A DNA stretch of 64,000 bases from Bacillota bacterium. Its GTDB lineage: Bacteria > Bacillota > DTU065. The notes beneath the pieces were generated by a model that did not search any database, had not been told where the DNA came from, and saw nothing but the letters and a program-made list of their open reading frames with translations. Shown here piece after piece: positions 1 through 9,724 of the stretch (the stretch's first letter is position 1; every line of letters begins with the position of its first letter). The stretch spans positions 67,122 through 131,121 of the forward strand of contig DAIMKF010000001.1 of the NCBI GenBank assembly GCA_036721855.1. Direction: 5' to 3'. The position numbers and the translations under genes were made by a program.

Positions 1-2
1 AT

Positions 3-1613
3 GGCGATGTAATCTGGAGTGGGGGTACGATAACAGGTGGAGCCCAAAAGGAAGAAAGAGTAGGTCTTTTAAAAAGACAAGCCCTTATAAGACAGTTAAA
101 AGCTGAGACCCAAATAGAAGCAGCCAAAATTGTGGGGTTACAAGAGGCGGTTAACAAGTTGCAATCTAGTTTGAACAAAGAAACAGAAAAGCTTAAAGAT
201 TTAGATACCAAGCTGCAAAACAATAAACTCAAGCAAGAGTCATCTAAAGCCTCACTAAAGTCACTTTTAAGCAATATTGAAAGCTTTAGGCTAGATTTTG
301 ACTTGATGGTTAAAGAAGAAAAAGAGTTGCAAAAGAGAATCGACAGCTTAAACGACAGCTGCCAGCATTTGCTAAAAGAAGAGGAGTCATTTATAAAGGA
401 AGAAAGTAAACTTAGAACTCATCTAAAAAGCTTAAGTTCCAAAGAATGGACAGAGGAGCCAAGACTAAGAGAAGAATATCAAAGTATAAAAGATAGGGAA
501 ACTCGGGTCAAAGAACGAGTAAACTATGCCCGAAAAGAAAAAGAAGCCCTCGAAAAAGAAAAAGAAACCCTCGAAGTTGAACATCAAGCTATTAAAAGAA
601 ACCTGAAAGAAGTTTTTTTAGAAGAGATTAATGAAAGGTTAAATACCTTTGAAAAAGAGAAGTTAAGAACAGTAGGTCTTCTAAAAAGCGAAGTGTTTAG
701 GAGAGCTCTTAATCAAAAAAAGACAGTAAAAACAGAGCTTATAAATAAAATAACTGAATACGAAAAAGAGATTAAAGCTTTAAGGCCACAGGTGTTTGAA
801 GCTGAAAAAAGCTTACGCGAAGCCAGCACAGAATTAGCCCGTTTAGAGAGCCAATACGAAGCTTGTCTAAGAAGGGCTGAAGAGCTGGAGATCTCTTTTA
901 CCGATGTAGATCAGTCTATGGCTTTGCCCAAGGAAGAAAGAAATCGACTCTCTCAATTAATAAGACGTCTAGATAAGGAGATTAGTGCCTTAGGACCGGT
1001 TAATTTGGGAGCTATTGACGAATACCAAGAGGTCTTTGAACGTTATAGTTTTTTAAAAACCCAGATCGATGATCTCAATGAAGCCAGAGAAGATCTTAAC
1101 CAGGTTCTATCTCGCTTAGATCAGACAAGCCGGACAAAGTTTACCGAAGCTTTTTTAAAAATAAAAAAAGAATTTGAAAAGCTATTTAAAATTCTCTTTG
1201 GTGGTGGCGAAGCTTCTTTAATTCTTGAAGAGGGCGATATCTTAGAAGCCGGTATTGAGATTGAAGCACAGCCTCCCGGGAAAAAATTCCAAAGCATTGC
1301 TCTTTTAAGTGGTGGAGAGAAGGCACTGACAGCAATCGCTTTAGTTTTTGCTGCGATTTCCGTATGCCAGGTACCGTTTTATCTCTTTGACGAGATTGAT
1401 GCACCACTTGATGAAGCTAATCTGGAACGTTATGTTGAACTAATCAAGGAAAAAGCAGCTCTCTCACAATTGATTATTATTACTCATCGTCGTCGCAGTA
1501 TGGAAGCGGCCCATCTTCTTTATGGTGTAACTATGGAAGAAAAAGGGGTCAGTAAAATCCTATCTTTGCGCCTGGAAGATGAGCAGGCAACAGTAGCTTT
1601 AGTAGAAGACTAA
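3..1613 (+). CDS. smc: Chromosome segregation protein SMC, C-terminal part (5' end lies outside the window; reading frame is open from position 3)
   Basis: Long coiled-coil region followed by the ABC signature LSGGEKALTAIAL and Walker B LFDEIDAPLD. The frame has no stop upstream of the listed Met. ftsY follows, as in Bacillus. Confidence 0.85.
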   Translation, partial: GDVIWSGGTITGGAQKEERVGLLKRQALIRQLKAETQIEAAKIVGLQEAVNKLQSSLNKETEKLKDLDTKLQNNKLKQESSKASLKSLLSNIESFRLDFDLMVKEEKELQKRIDSLNDSCQHLLKEEESFIKEESKLRTHLKSLSSKEWTEEPRLREEYQSIKDRETRVKERVNYARKEKEALEKEKETLEVEHQAIKRNLKEVFLEEINERLNTFEKEKLRTVGLLKSEVFRRALNQKKTVKTELINKITEYEKEIKALRPQVFEAEKSLREASTELARLESQYEACLRRAEELEISFTDVDQSMALPKEERNRLSQLIRRLDKEISALGPVNLGAIDEYQEVFERYSFLKTQIDDLNEAREDLNQVLSRLDQTSRTKFTEAFLKIKKEFEKLFKILFGGGEASLILEEGDILEAGIEIEAQPPGKKFQSIALLSGGEKALTAIALVFAAISVCQVPFYLFDEIDAPLDEANLERYVELIKEKAALSQLIIITHRRRSMEAAHLLYGVTMEEKGVSKILSLRLEDEQATVALVED

Positions 1614-1637
1614 ACAATAACTTGAGGTGAAATTTTT

Positions 1638-2546
1638 ATGAGTTTTTTTGACAAGCTTGTCAGTGGTCTTAATAAAACCAGAAACAATTTGGTAAAACAG
1701 ATCCAAAGCGTATTAAAAGGTAAAAATATCACGGCAGAACTTTTTGAGGAATTAGAAGAGATTTTAATCGGTGCCGATATTGGGGTTAGAAGTACGCTAG
1801 AAATCATAGAAAATCTTAAATTGCGTTGTGCCAAAGAGAAGATTATCTCCGGTGAAGAGGTAGAAAAGATTCTCCAAGAAGAGATCGCAAAACTTCTGGG
1901 CAATAAAGAACAGTTAAAACCTCCCGCAAGTACACCTTGGATTATTATGGTAGTAGGTGTAAACGGTGTGGGTAAAACTACCACCATTGGCAAACTGGCA
2001 GCTAAATTTGTGGCAAAAGGTAATAAGGTTATTTTAGCCGCAGGCGATACTTTTCGCGCCGCAGCTGCCGAGCAGCTTGAGATCTGGGCTAATAGATCAG
2101 GAGCCCAACTTATTCGCCATGAGGAAGGTTCAGACCCGGCAGCTGTAGCCTATGATGCTGTTCAAGCGGCAAGAAATCGCAAAGCTGATGTATTAATAAT
2201 TGATACGGCCGGAAGACTCCATACCAAAACCAACTTGATGGAAGAACTTAAAAAGATACGCCGGGTGATAAATAGAGAAATTGAAAATGCTCCACAGGAT
2301 GTACTTTTGGTACTAGATGCCACTACCGGCCAAAACGGTTTAAATCAAGCTAAGGTCTTTAAAGAAGCTACTGAGGTAAACGGGATTGTCCTAACTAAAT
2401 TAGACGGAACATCCAAAGGTGGTATTGTGGTAGCTATCAAAAAAGAACTTGGCCTGCCTGTAAAGCTGATTGGCGTAGGCGAAGGCATTGAGGATTTGCA
2501 AGAGTTTGATCCTAACGATTTTGTGGCAGCTTTGTTTAACAAATAA
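1638..2546 (+). CDS. ftsY: Signal recognition particle receptor FtsY (short NG-domain form)
   Basis: GTP-binding motifs [15 protein letters not shown] and TKLDG; sits in the conserved smc-ftsY-ylxM-ffh gene order. Confidence 0.9.
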   Translation: MSFFDKLVSGLNKTRNNLVKQIQSVLKGKNITAELFEELEEILIGADIGVRSTLEIIENLKLRCAKEKIISGEEVEKILQEEIAKLLGNKEQLKPPASTPWIIMVVGVNGVGKTTTIGKLAAKFVAKGNKVILAAGDTFRAAAAEQLEIWANRSGAQLIRHEEGSDPAAVAYDAVQAARNRKADVLIIDTAGRLHTKTNLMEELKKIRRVINREIENAPQDVLLVLDATTGQNGLNQAKVFKEATEVNGIVLTKLDGTSKGGIVVAIKKELGLPVKLIGVGEGIEDLQEFDPNDFVAALFNK

Positions 2547-2606
2547 CTGTCAAGGAAAAAAGCTTGACAGAGGTATGAGTATATTTTATACTACCTAAGG
2601 AAGGGG

Positions 2607-2957
2607 ATGCCCATGGAAATCGTAAAGACTGTACGCATGGGTCTTCTCAATGATTTTTATGGTCCACTGTTAACATCCAAACAAAGACATTGCATCCAGC
2701 TTTACTACGAAGCCGATCTCTCCCTGGCTGAAACTGCGGAAAAATTCGGTAGCAGCAGGCAAGCTGTATATGATCTCCTCAAACGCACAGAGAGACTGCT
2801 TGAAGAATACGAAAGCAAACTGGGTTTGTTGGCCAAACACAACAAAAGACAAAAAAGTTATGCGGCTTTAGTTGAATTGGCTAAGGGCTGTCAAAAGGAA
2901 AAGGAGCTTCGAGCTTTAGTAGCTGAACTGGAAAGGATTGAAACCAGTGATATTTGA
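2607..2957 (+). CDS. ylxM: UPF0122 / YlxM small helix-turn-helix protein of the SRP operon
   Basis: About 110 aa with a putative HTH, lying between ftsY and ffh. Confidence 0.7.
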   Translation: MPMEIVKTVRMGLLNDFYGPLLTSKQRHCIQLYYEADLSLAETAEKFGSSRQAVYDLLKRTERLLEEYESKLGLLAKHNKRQKSYAALVELAKGCQKEKELRALVAELERIETSDI

Positions 2958-4281
2958 AAATTTAGCCGAAAAACTTCAAACTACATTTACTAATCTAAAA
3001 AGACGTGGTAAGCTAACCGAAAAAGATGTGGAGTTGGCCTTAAAAGAGGTGCGGCTGGCACTTTTAGAAGCAGATGTCAATTATAAGGTTGTCAAGACTT
3101 TTACAGAAAGAGTCAGAACTAGAGCCGTTGGTGAAGAAGTTCTCAAAAGCCTAACACCGGCTCAACAGGTAATAAAAGTTGTCTATGATGAACTGACAAC
3201 TCTTATGGGAGGTTCTACAGCTCAGCTTGATCTATCTCGCAGTCCGTCAGTTGTTATGCTGGTAGGACTCCAAGGTGCAGGCAAGACAACTACGGCGGGA
3301 AAACTGGCCAAAAGCATTAAAGAAAAAGGGCGCAAGCCACTTCTGGTAGCTTGTGATATCTATCGGCCGGCTGCAGTAAAGCAATTACAGGTTGTTGGTT
3401 CTCAGGTAGGAGTAGAAGTGTTTAGCCTGGAGGGTCAAAAACCAGTAGCCATTGCTCAGGCAGCTTACAAATATAGCAACCAAAACGGTTTTGATGTTTT
3501 GATTGTAGATACTGCCGGACGCTTGCATATCGATGAAGAGTTAATGCAAGAGCTGATTGATTTGAAAAGAAATTTATCACCGCAAGAACTATTCTTTGTC
3601 GCCGATGCCATGACCGGACAAGATGCTGTCAATGTGGCTGAAAGCTTTAATCAAAGCCTGGATATTACCGGGGTAATTTTAACCAAGCTAGATGGTGATG
3701 CCAGAGGCGGAGCTGCTCTTTCCATTCGTGAAGTTGTAGGAAAACCCATTAAATATGCTTCTTTTGGCGAAAAACTTGATTCATTGGAACCGTTTCATCC
3801 CGATCGTATGGCTTCAAGAATTCTCGGCATGGGTGATTTAGGCACTATATTGGAAAAAGCCCAAAAAGCCATTGATGAAAAAGAGGCTGCCAAACTAGTA
3901 AAAAAGCTTACAACCGATGATTTTAATCTTGAAGATTTTTATGATCAGATGCAACAGATGAAAAAGATGGGGCCTCTGAATCAGCTCTTAGAGATGGTTC
4001 CGGGTATGAATAAATTAAAAGGACAGGCTGATTTTGGTGCTGCTGAAAAAGAAATGCAACAGATTGAAGCCATTATTAATTCTATGACTCTAAAAGAAAG
4101 AAGACAACCTGATATTATTGATTCCTCCCGCAAAAAAAGAATTGCCTACGGCTCAGGTGTCAAAGTTCAGGATGTTAATAAACTTCTAAAACAGTTTAGT
4201 GAAACCAAAAAGCTGATGAAACAGTTTGGTGGACTAACTGGAAAAGGAAAAGGTAGAATGCGGATGCCATTTTTCAAGTAA
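2938..4281 (+). CDS. ffh: Signal recognition particle protein Ffh
   Basis: [15 protein letters not shown] and TKLDGD motifs plus the methionine-rich M domain. The listed start is a TTG overlapping the ylxM stop; the true start may be a few codons downstream. Confidence 0.9.
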   Translation: MKPVIFENLAEKLQTTFTNLKRRGKLTEKDVELALKEVRLALLEADVNYKVVKTFTERVRTRAVGEEVLKSLTPAQQVIKVVYDELTTLMGGSTAQLDLSRSPSVVMLVGLQGAGKTTTAGKLAKSIKEKGRKPLLVACDIYRPAAVKQLQVVGSQVGVEVFSLEGQKPVAIAQAAYKYSNQNGFDVLIVDTAGRLHIDEELMQELIDLKRNLSPQELFFVADAMTGQDAVNVAESFNQSLDITGVILTKLDGDARGGAALSIREVVGKPIKYASFGEKLDSLEPFHPDRMASRILGMGDLGTILEKAQKAIDEKEAAKLVKKLTTDDFNLEDFYDQMQQMKKMGPLNQLLEMVPGMNKLKGQADFGAAEKEMQQIEAIINSMTLKERRQPDIIDSSRKKRIAYGSGVKVQDVNKLLKQFSETKKLMKQFGGLTGKGKGRMRMPFFK

Positions 4282-4300
4282 TTGTAAGGAGGTGAATTGA

Positions 4301-4597
4301 ATGAGTGTAAAAATTAGATTACGTCGAATGGGTAAGAAAAAACAACCTTTTTACCGTCTGGTAGTAGCCGATTCTCGTTCTCCTAGAGACGGCCGCTTTA
4401 TTGATATTATTGGTTTTTATAACCCTTTGACTCAACCTGCTGAGGTTAGGGTTGATGAAGAGAAAGCTCTTGATTGGCTTAAAAAAGGCGCCCAACCTTC
4501 TTTAACAGCAAAAAAGATTCTCTCTCAGGCAGGAATATTAGCTAAAAATGCCGCCTCCAAAGAAAACACCGATAAAGAGAATGAAAAGACCGAATAA
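4301..4597 (+). CDS. rpsP: 30S ribosomal protein S16 with a Lys/Glu-rich C-terminal tail
   Basis: N-terminus [34 protein letters not shown] is classic S16; an RBS precedes the start. Confidence 0.9.
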   Translation: MSVKIRLRRMGKKKQPFYRLVVADSRSPRDGRFIDIIGFYNPLTQPAEVRVDEEKALDWLKKGAQPSLTAKKILSQAGILAKNAASKENTDKENEKTE

Positions 4598-4615
4598 TTA
4601 AGGAGGCTAAAAGCG

Positions 4616-4843
4616 ATGAAAGAACTTGTCGAAGTTCTTGCTAAAAGTCTTGTCGATAATCCTGATCAGGTTTTTGTAAAAGAGAAGGTTATCGATGATG
4701 AAATTATACTCGAACTTAATGTTGCAGATAGTGATATGGGAAAGGTTATTGGTAAACAGGGAAGAATTGCCAAAGCTCTGCGAACTGTACTCAAAGCTGC
4801 AGCTAATAAAGATAAAAAAAGAGTATTACTAGAGATTGTTTGA
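4616..4843 (+). CDS. khpA: KH-domain RNA-binding protein (YlqC/KhpA family)
   Basis: 75 aa containing the GKVIGKQGRIAKALR KH motif; located between rpsP and rimM as in Bacillus. Confidence 0.8.
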   Translation: MKELVEVLAKSLVDNPDQVFVKEKVIDDEIILELNVADSDMGKVIGKQGRIAKALRTVLKAAANKDKKRVLLEIV

Positions 4844-4860
4844 AAGATTATCTCAAGAAG

Positions 4861-4887
4861 CAGGAGCAAGAAGGCTCCTGTTTTTTT
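4861..4887 (+). terminator. Intra-operon hairpin plus T7 run (partial terminator or attenuator) between khpA and rimM
   Basis: CAGGAGCaagaaGGCTCCTG followed by TTTTTTT, immediately before the rimM RBS (GGAGG). Confidence 0.4.
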
Positions 4888-4898
4888 GGAGGTCTGCT

Positions 4899-5417
4899 AT
4901 GAAGCTTTATACCATTGGCAAAATAGTTGGTGTTCAAGGTATAAAAGGCGAATTAAAGATTTTTCCTATTACGAGTTTTCCTTCGAGGTTTAAGCAGATG
5001 ACCAAGGTATTGGTTGGTAATGATCATACTCAGACCGAATACGCTATTCTTGCTTGCAGAGATAAAAAGAAGCTTATCCTTTTATCTTTAGAAGGTATAA
5101 CCAATCGAACTCAGGCAGAAGCTTTAGTAGGTTTGAATCTTTTTGTGACCCAAGATGAATTGGTTAAACTGCCCAAAGACTATTACTATATCTTTGATCT
5201 TATAGGCCTGGAAGTAATCGATCGGAAGTGGGGATTATTAGGTTTAATTAAAGATGTAATCGAAGGAGCTCAGGATCTATATCTGGTAAGCCCGACATCT
5301 AAAGGTATGCCACCTAATGAATTCCTGATCCCAGCGGTAAAAGATCTAATATTAGAAATCGATCTGCAAAAGAAAGCTATGCTAGTCGATTTACCGGAAG
5401 GTTTGTGGGATGAATGA
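4899..5417 (+). CDS. rimM: Ribosome maturation factor RimM
   Basis: A PRC-barrel-like sequence begins at MKLYTIGKIVGVQGIKGELKI. ATG 4899 has a GGAGG 7 nt upstream. The ORF-track extension back to 4836 runs over the preceding terminator and is probably not translated. Confidence 0.85.
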   Translation: MKLYTIGKIVGVQGIKGELKIFPITSFPSRFKQMTKVLVGNDHTQTEYAILACRDKKKLILLSLEGITNRTQAEALVGLNLFVTQDELVKLPKDYYYIFDLIGLEVIDRKWGLLGLIKDVIEGAQDLYLVSPTSKGMPPNEFLIPAVKDLILEIDLQKKAMLVDLPEGLWDE

Positions 5418-6121
5418 GACTAGACATTATTACTCTGTTTCCGGAAATGTTTGCACCTGTTTTTTCGCAAAGTATTTTAGGACGAGCAATAAGTGAGGGA
5501 AAACTACAGATTATTGTTCATAACCTTAGGGACTACACCCATGATAAACATCGCAGTGTTGACGATACTCCATATGGCGGAGGCCCAGGAATGGTCTTAA
5601 AACCGGAACCTTTATATGAGGCTGTAAATTCAATTAAAGCGCTTCCCTTGGGGTTTTTACACCAGGCAAAAAGACTGACTGTTTTTATGACACCTCAAGG
5701 CGAACCTTTTAACCAGTCACTAGCTAGTTCTCTTATCACCTGGGATCAACTGATTCTAGTATGTGGTCATTACGAAGGTTTTGATGAAAGAGCGCGAACC
5801 CTGTTGGCTGATTTAGAGATCTCTTTGGGAGACTTTATTTTAACCGGAGGCGAGATTCCTGCTATGGCAGTCATGGATGCTGTCTGTCGACTTCTTCCGG
5901 GTGTTTTGGGAGATGAATACTCTGCTTGTGAGGACTCCTTCAGTGAAAACCTGCTCGAATATCCTCAGTATACTCGTCCCCGTGTTTTTCAGGGGCTAGA
6001 AGTGCCGGAAGTTCTTTTAAGTGGTAATCATAAAGAGATTGCTTTGTGGAGAAAAGAAATGGCTTTAGAAAGGACACAAACAAGACGTCCCGATCTTTTG
6101 AGTAAAAATGCTTGCCAGTGA
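5414..6121 (+). CDS. trmD: tRNA (guanine37-N1)-methyltransferase TrmD
   Basis: MRLDIITLFPEMF... and GGEIPAMAVMDAV SPOUT motifs; the start overlaps the rimM stop. Confidence 0.9.
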   Translation: MRLDIITLFPEMFAPVFSQSILGRAISEGKLQIIVHNLRDYTHDKHRSVDDTPYGGGPGMVLKPEPLYEAVNSIKALPLGFLHQAKRLTVFMTPQGEPFNQSLASSLITWDQLILVCGHYEGFDERARTLLADLEISLGDFILTGGEIPAMAVMDAVCRLLPGVLGDEYSACEDSFSENLLEYPQYTRPRVFQGLEVPEVLLSGNHKEIALWRKEMALERTQTRRPDLLSKNACQ

Positions 6122-6140
6122 AAAAAGAAAATGCTATAAT
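6112..6140 (+). promoter_or_regulatory. Sigma-A-type promoter for rplS embedded in the 3' end of trmD (TTGCCA-N17-TGcTATAAT)
   Basis: A -35 TTGCCA, a 17-nt spacer and an extended -10 TGCTATAAT. Confidence 0.4.
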
Positions 6141-6146
6141 TGGAAC

Positions 6147-6208
6147 GTTAGTGCGGATGGTCCGCTGTCTTTGACGACATGAACATCCTAAGAGAGGGGG
6201 TAACCACA
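6147..6208 (+). promoter_or_regulatory. Candidate L19 (rplS) leader cis-regulatory RNA
   Basis: About 60-nt 5' UTR with a GCGGAtggTCCGC hairpin directly upstream of the rplS RBS. Firmicutes are known to carry an L19 autoregulatory leader at this position. Confidence 0.35.
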
Positions 6209-6550
6209 ATGGATCTGATTAAAATTGTGGAGCAACAATACGTCAAAACTGATCTTCCTGATTTTCGTCCTGGTGACACGGTAAGAGTCGACTACAAAGT
6301 CGTCGAAGGCGGCAAAGAGCGCATCCAGGCTTTCCAAGGTGTTGTTATCAGACGTCAAGGCAGTACTATAAAAGAGACCTTCACTGTACGCAAGATCTCT
6401 GATGGAATCGGTGTAGAAAGAACCTTTCCATTACACAGCCCTAAGGTAGCCCAGATAGAGGTTATGCGCAAAGGTAAAGTTCGTCGTGCTAAACTCTACT
6501 ATCTTCGCGAACTTCAAGGGAAGGCTGCCAGAATCAAAGAGCGTGTTTAA
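6209..6550 (+). CDS. rplS: 50S ribosomal protein L19
   Basis: Starts [10 protein letters not shown]... with an AGAGGGGG RBS; the track's upstream start at 6179 is unlikely. Confidence 0.9.
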   Translation: MDLIKIVEQQYVKTDLPDFRPGDTVRVDYKVVEGGKERIQAFQGVVIRRQGSTIKETFTVRKISDGIGVERTFPLHSPKVAQIEVMRKGKVRRAKLYYLRELQGKAARIKERV

Positions 6551-6554
6551 AAGT

Positions 6555-6583
6555 GAGGGACTGCCGAAACAGTCCCTTTTTTG
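6555..6583 (+). terminator. Rho-independent terminator after rplS
   Basis: GGGACTGccgaaaCAGTCCC followed by TTTTTT. Confidence 0.6.
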
Positions 6584-6606
6584 TATTTTTTAGGAGGGAG
6601 AATCAA

Positions 6607-7476
6607 ATGCTTCCCGAATTTACAGTTCAATGGTTTCCCGGACATATGGCTAAAGCCAAACGTAGTATGCAAGAAAATTTAAATTTAGTCGATTTAATTA
6701 TTGAAGTTCGTGATGCAAGAGCCCCTCTGGCCAGTGCTAATCCCAACTTGAACATAATTGGTAAAGATAAAGAACGCCTAATTCTTCTAAACAAGGCCGA
6801 CTTGGCTGAAGAGCGAGTTACCAGGATGTGGCAGTCGCACTACCCCGAAGTCCTGGTTTTTTCCAGTCAGTCGTCACAGCATAAAAAAAGACTTCAGGAT
6901 GAACTAAATAAGATAGCTCAAAAAATCAAAGCAGATTGGCTATGGAAAAATAAAGGACTCAGACCTTTTCGTGCCCTGGTACTAGGAATGCCAAATGTAG
7001 GAAAATCAACACTGATTAATACCCTTGCTAAAACCTCCAAAGCCAAAACCGGACAAAAACCAGGTGTAACAAGAGCCAAGCAGTGGCTTACTCTGCCAAA
7101 TAACTGGCAGCTTTTAGATACACCGGGTATTATGATGCCGGAAGAGGTAAAAGAGCAGACAGCTTTATTTCTAGCCCTTATTAACTGTCTTGCAGAAAAA
7201 CTCTATGATCCTGAGTTAGCGGCCTTACATTTTATTGTCTGGCTAATGGAAAACTACCCTGAAGCACTGCTGTCAAGGTATAAACTTAAAATTGCAGGCC
7301 ATAGTGAACCTAATGTTGTTTTAGAGGAGCTAGGTAAAAAACGCGGCGCAGTTTTAAAAGGAGGAGTTGTTGACACCAAAAAAGCCGCTCTTATTCTACT
7401 TAAAGACTTTCGCCAGGGAGCTTTAGGAGGTATTTCTTTAGAAAAACCGGTAGTGTCTGAGGAGTATACGCTATGA
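6607..7476 (+). CDS. rbgA: Ribosome biogenesis GTPase A (YlqF/RbgA)
   Basis: Circularly permuted GTPase motifs LNKADL ... GMPNVGKSTLIN ... DTPG. ATG 6607 has a GGAGGG RBS. Confidence 0.85.
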   Translation: MLPEFTVQWFPGHMAKAKRSMQENLNLVDLIIEVRDARAPLASANPNLNIIGKDKERLILLNKADLAEERVTRMWQSHYPEVLVFSSQSSQHKKRLQDELNKIAQKIKADWLWKNKGLRPFRALVLGMPNVGKSTLINTLAKTSKAKTGQKPGVTRAKQWLTLPNNWQLLDTPGIMMPEEVKEQTALFLALINCLAEKLYDPELAALHFIVWLMENYPEALLSRYKLKIAGHSEPNVVLEELGKKRGAVLKGGVVDTKKAALILLKDFRQGALGGISLEKPVVSEEYTL

Positions 7477-8279
7477 ATGATCCTAAAAAGCTAAACCTTA
7501 AACAGATCAAAGAGATCTTAGATGGTTTAGCAGAAAAAAAAGAATATCCCGAGGAATTTATTTTACAGTTAAAAAGCGATGAGCGTATTGGTGCGAAAAA
7601 ACTTTGTCAGAATTTTGAGAAAATAAAAGGGTCTTTAGTCCTGAAATATCAACATTTAGAGGAAATGGTTAATTTCGATAGAAAATTTTTAGTAGAAGTT
7701 GCAGGTATAGATGAAGCCGGTAGAGGTCCTTTGGCAGGTCCTGTGGTGGCGGCAGCAGTTTTATTGGGTTTAGATAACCTTCAATGGGCTTTAGGTTTAG
7801 ATGACTCTAAAAAACTAAAACGGGAAGAAAGAAAGACTTTTTATAATTTAATCAAAGCCAATGCGTTAAGTGTGGGTATTGGCATAGTTGAACCAGATAT
7901 TATCGATGAGATAAACATACTCAAGGCTACAGCTTTGGCTATGCAAAAAGCAGTAAAAGCACTCTCAAAAGAAAACCTTTTAAACCTTTTGCTACTTGTA
8001 GACGGTCTTTTTGTTCCGGTTCTAGGGAAAAAACAGATAGCTATAGTTAAAGGTGATGCTAAGTCTGTTTCAATTGCAGCAGCTTCTATCATAGCCAAAG
8101 AGACTCGAGATCAGATTATGGAAAGGATGGATATCCGTTACCCTAATTATGGTTTTGCCATCCATAAAGGTTATGGGACTAAAGAACATATCAAAACCCT
8201 CTTGAAGTTTGGTCCTACACCAATTCATCGCCAGAGCTTCATCAAGAATATTTCCACTAAACAGGGCAATCTTTTTTAA
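7473..8279 (+). CDS. rnhB: Ribonuclease HII with a Bacillus-type N-terminal extension
   Basis: GIDEAGRGPLAGPVV and DDSKKL catalytic motifs; a roughly 65-aa N-terminal extension like that of B. subtilis RnhB. Confidence 0.85.
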   Translation: MNDPKKLNLKQIKEILDGLAEKKEYPEEFILQLKSDERIGAKKLCQNFEKIKGSLVLKYQHLEEMVNFDRKFLVEVAGIDEAGRGPLAGPVVAAAVLLGLDNLQWALGLDDSKKLKREERKTFYNLIKANALSVGIGIVEPDIIDEINILKATALAMQKAVKALSKENLLNLLLLVDGLFVPVLGKKQIAIVKGDAKSVSIAAASIIAKETRDQIMERMDIRYPNYGFAIHKGYGTKEHIKTLLKFGPTPIHRQSFIKNISTKQGNLF

Positions 8280-8313
8280 CTCCCAGCTTTATTTGAAAGG
8301 GAGGCACTAAAAT

Positions 8314-9366
8314 ATGCGTTTGACAAGGGTTCGTGAGCTCACTGAAGGAATGGTTTTAGCTAGTGATGTTTTAGACAGCACCGGCAGAATTCTTTTACTG
8401 GAAGGTATTGAACTAAAAGATACATTTATTAATAAACTCAAACAGCTGGGTATTTTTGCGGTTTATGTTTACGATAGCGATCTATATCCACCCAAGACTT
8501 CTATTATTCCTCTAAGCAAAGAAGAGGTTGTTACAGAAACAGAAAAAGCCTTGCATGATATTACCTTAAAAAAGAATATCAAAGCCAGCGCACTTAGGGA
8601 AAAAGTAGCTAACCTTATCAAAGAGATCCTCAAAGCACATACTTTAGCTATTTTTGTCGCGGAGCTCCAAAGTTATGATCGCTATACACTTGATCATAGT
8701 TTTAACGTAGCGGTATTAAGCATTATTACAGGTTTATCATATGGCTTTAGCAATGACGAGCTTGTTGAACTTGGTATTGGTGCACTTCTTCATGATGTAG
8801 GCAAAATCTTTGTTTCCAAAGAAATCCTAACTAAAAAGGGTAAGCTGACACCAAGTGAGTGGGAGGAAATAAAAGAACATCCCACTTACGGTTACAAGTT
8901 ACTGGCCAGAAATATGGATATCTCGGAGGCAGCTTTAAAAGTAGTAAAAGAACATCATGAAAGAATAAATGGCACGGGATATCCACATGGTTTAAGAGGC
9001 GAAAGTCTCTCTCCCTATGGCAAGATAGCTATGATTAGCGATGCTTTTGATGCCATGACATCTAATCGTGTTTATAAAAAAGGTGTCACACCTTATGAAG
9101 CTATTAAAGTAGTCAAAGCTATGCGCGGGTTGCTATTTGATAATGAAATTACGGAAGCTTTTTTAACCAACATGGTAGCCTATCCCATAGGATGCAGAGT
9201 TAGACTTAACAACGGTCAAATTGGAGTTGTTGTGGCCACAGATGATAACACTGAGTCAAAACCGACAGTTGTTTTACTTTTCGATCAAAACGGCTCTATG
9301 TATAAGGATACTAAAACAGTTTCCCTGGCTAAAGAAAAAGGATTAGCCGTAGTTGGAACTGTATAA
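8314..9366 (+). CDS. HD-GYP domain phosphodiesterase (putative c-di-GMP hydrolase) with an uncharacterised N-terminal domain
   Basis: Motifs HDVGK and HHERINGTGYPHGL (HD...GYP). Confidence 0.75.
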   Translation: MRLTRVRELTEGMVLASDVLDSTGRILLLEGIELKDTFINKLKQLGIFAVYVYDSDLYPPKTSIIPLSKEEVVTETEKALHDITLKKNIKASALREKVANLIKEILKAHTLAIFVAELQSYDRYTLDHSFNVAVLSIITGLSYGFSNDELVELGIGALLHDVGKIFVSKEILTKKGKLTPSEWEEIKEHPTYGYKLLARNMDISEAALKVVKEHHERINGTGYPHGLRGESLSPYGKIAMISDAFDAMTSNRVYKKGVTPYEAIKVVKAMRGLLFDNEITEAFLTNMVAYPIGCRVRLNNGQIGVVVATDDNTESKPTVVLLFDQNGSMYKDTKTVSLAKEKGLAVVGTV

Positions 9367-9404
9367 TTTCAAGTAGTCACCTTGCCGTAACTATATAACT
9401 ATAG

Positions 9405-9436
9405 CCTCTCTAAATACAGTAGAGAGGTTTTCTTGT
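9405..9436 (+). terminator. Rho-independent terminator after the HD-GYP gene
   Basis: CCTCTCTAaatacagTAGAGAGG followed by a T run. Confidence 0.55.
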
Positions 9437-9724
9437 ATTTAGAAATAAATCAGTTAGAATCATACCCTAGAACAAATAGAATGCAACATTTGTTTTTTGA
9501 AATTTTGTATAGTTGTTCTAACACAGCTTTTAAAATCAGCAAAGAGATTAAGAGTCAAACATACTCCCATTATCCCATTAGCCTAGGATTCTCTTAAGAA
9601 AAGGAGGTAAATTTACAGTAAATATGGATAAAGGATGAGGGTGTCACATATGTATTTAGATAACAAGTATGCATTTCTAAGACATATTCTTATTAAAAAG
9701 CCTTTCATAAATCCAAGTAAATAA

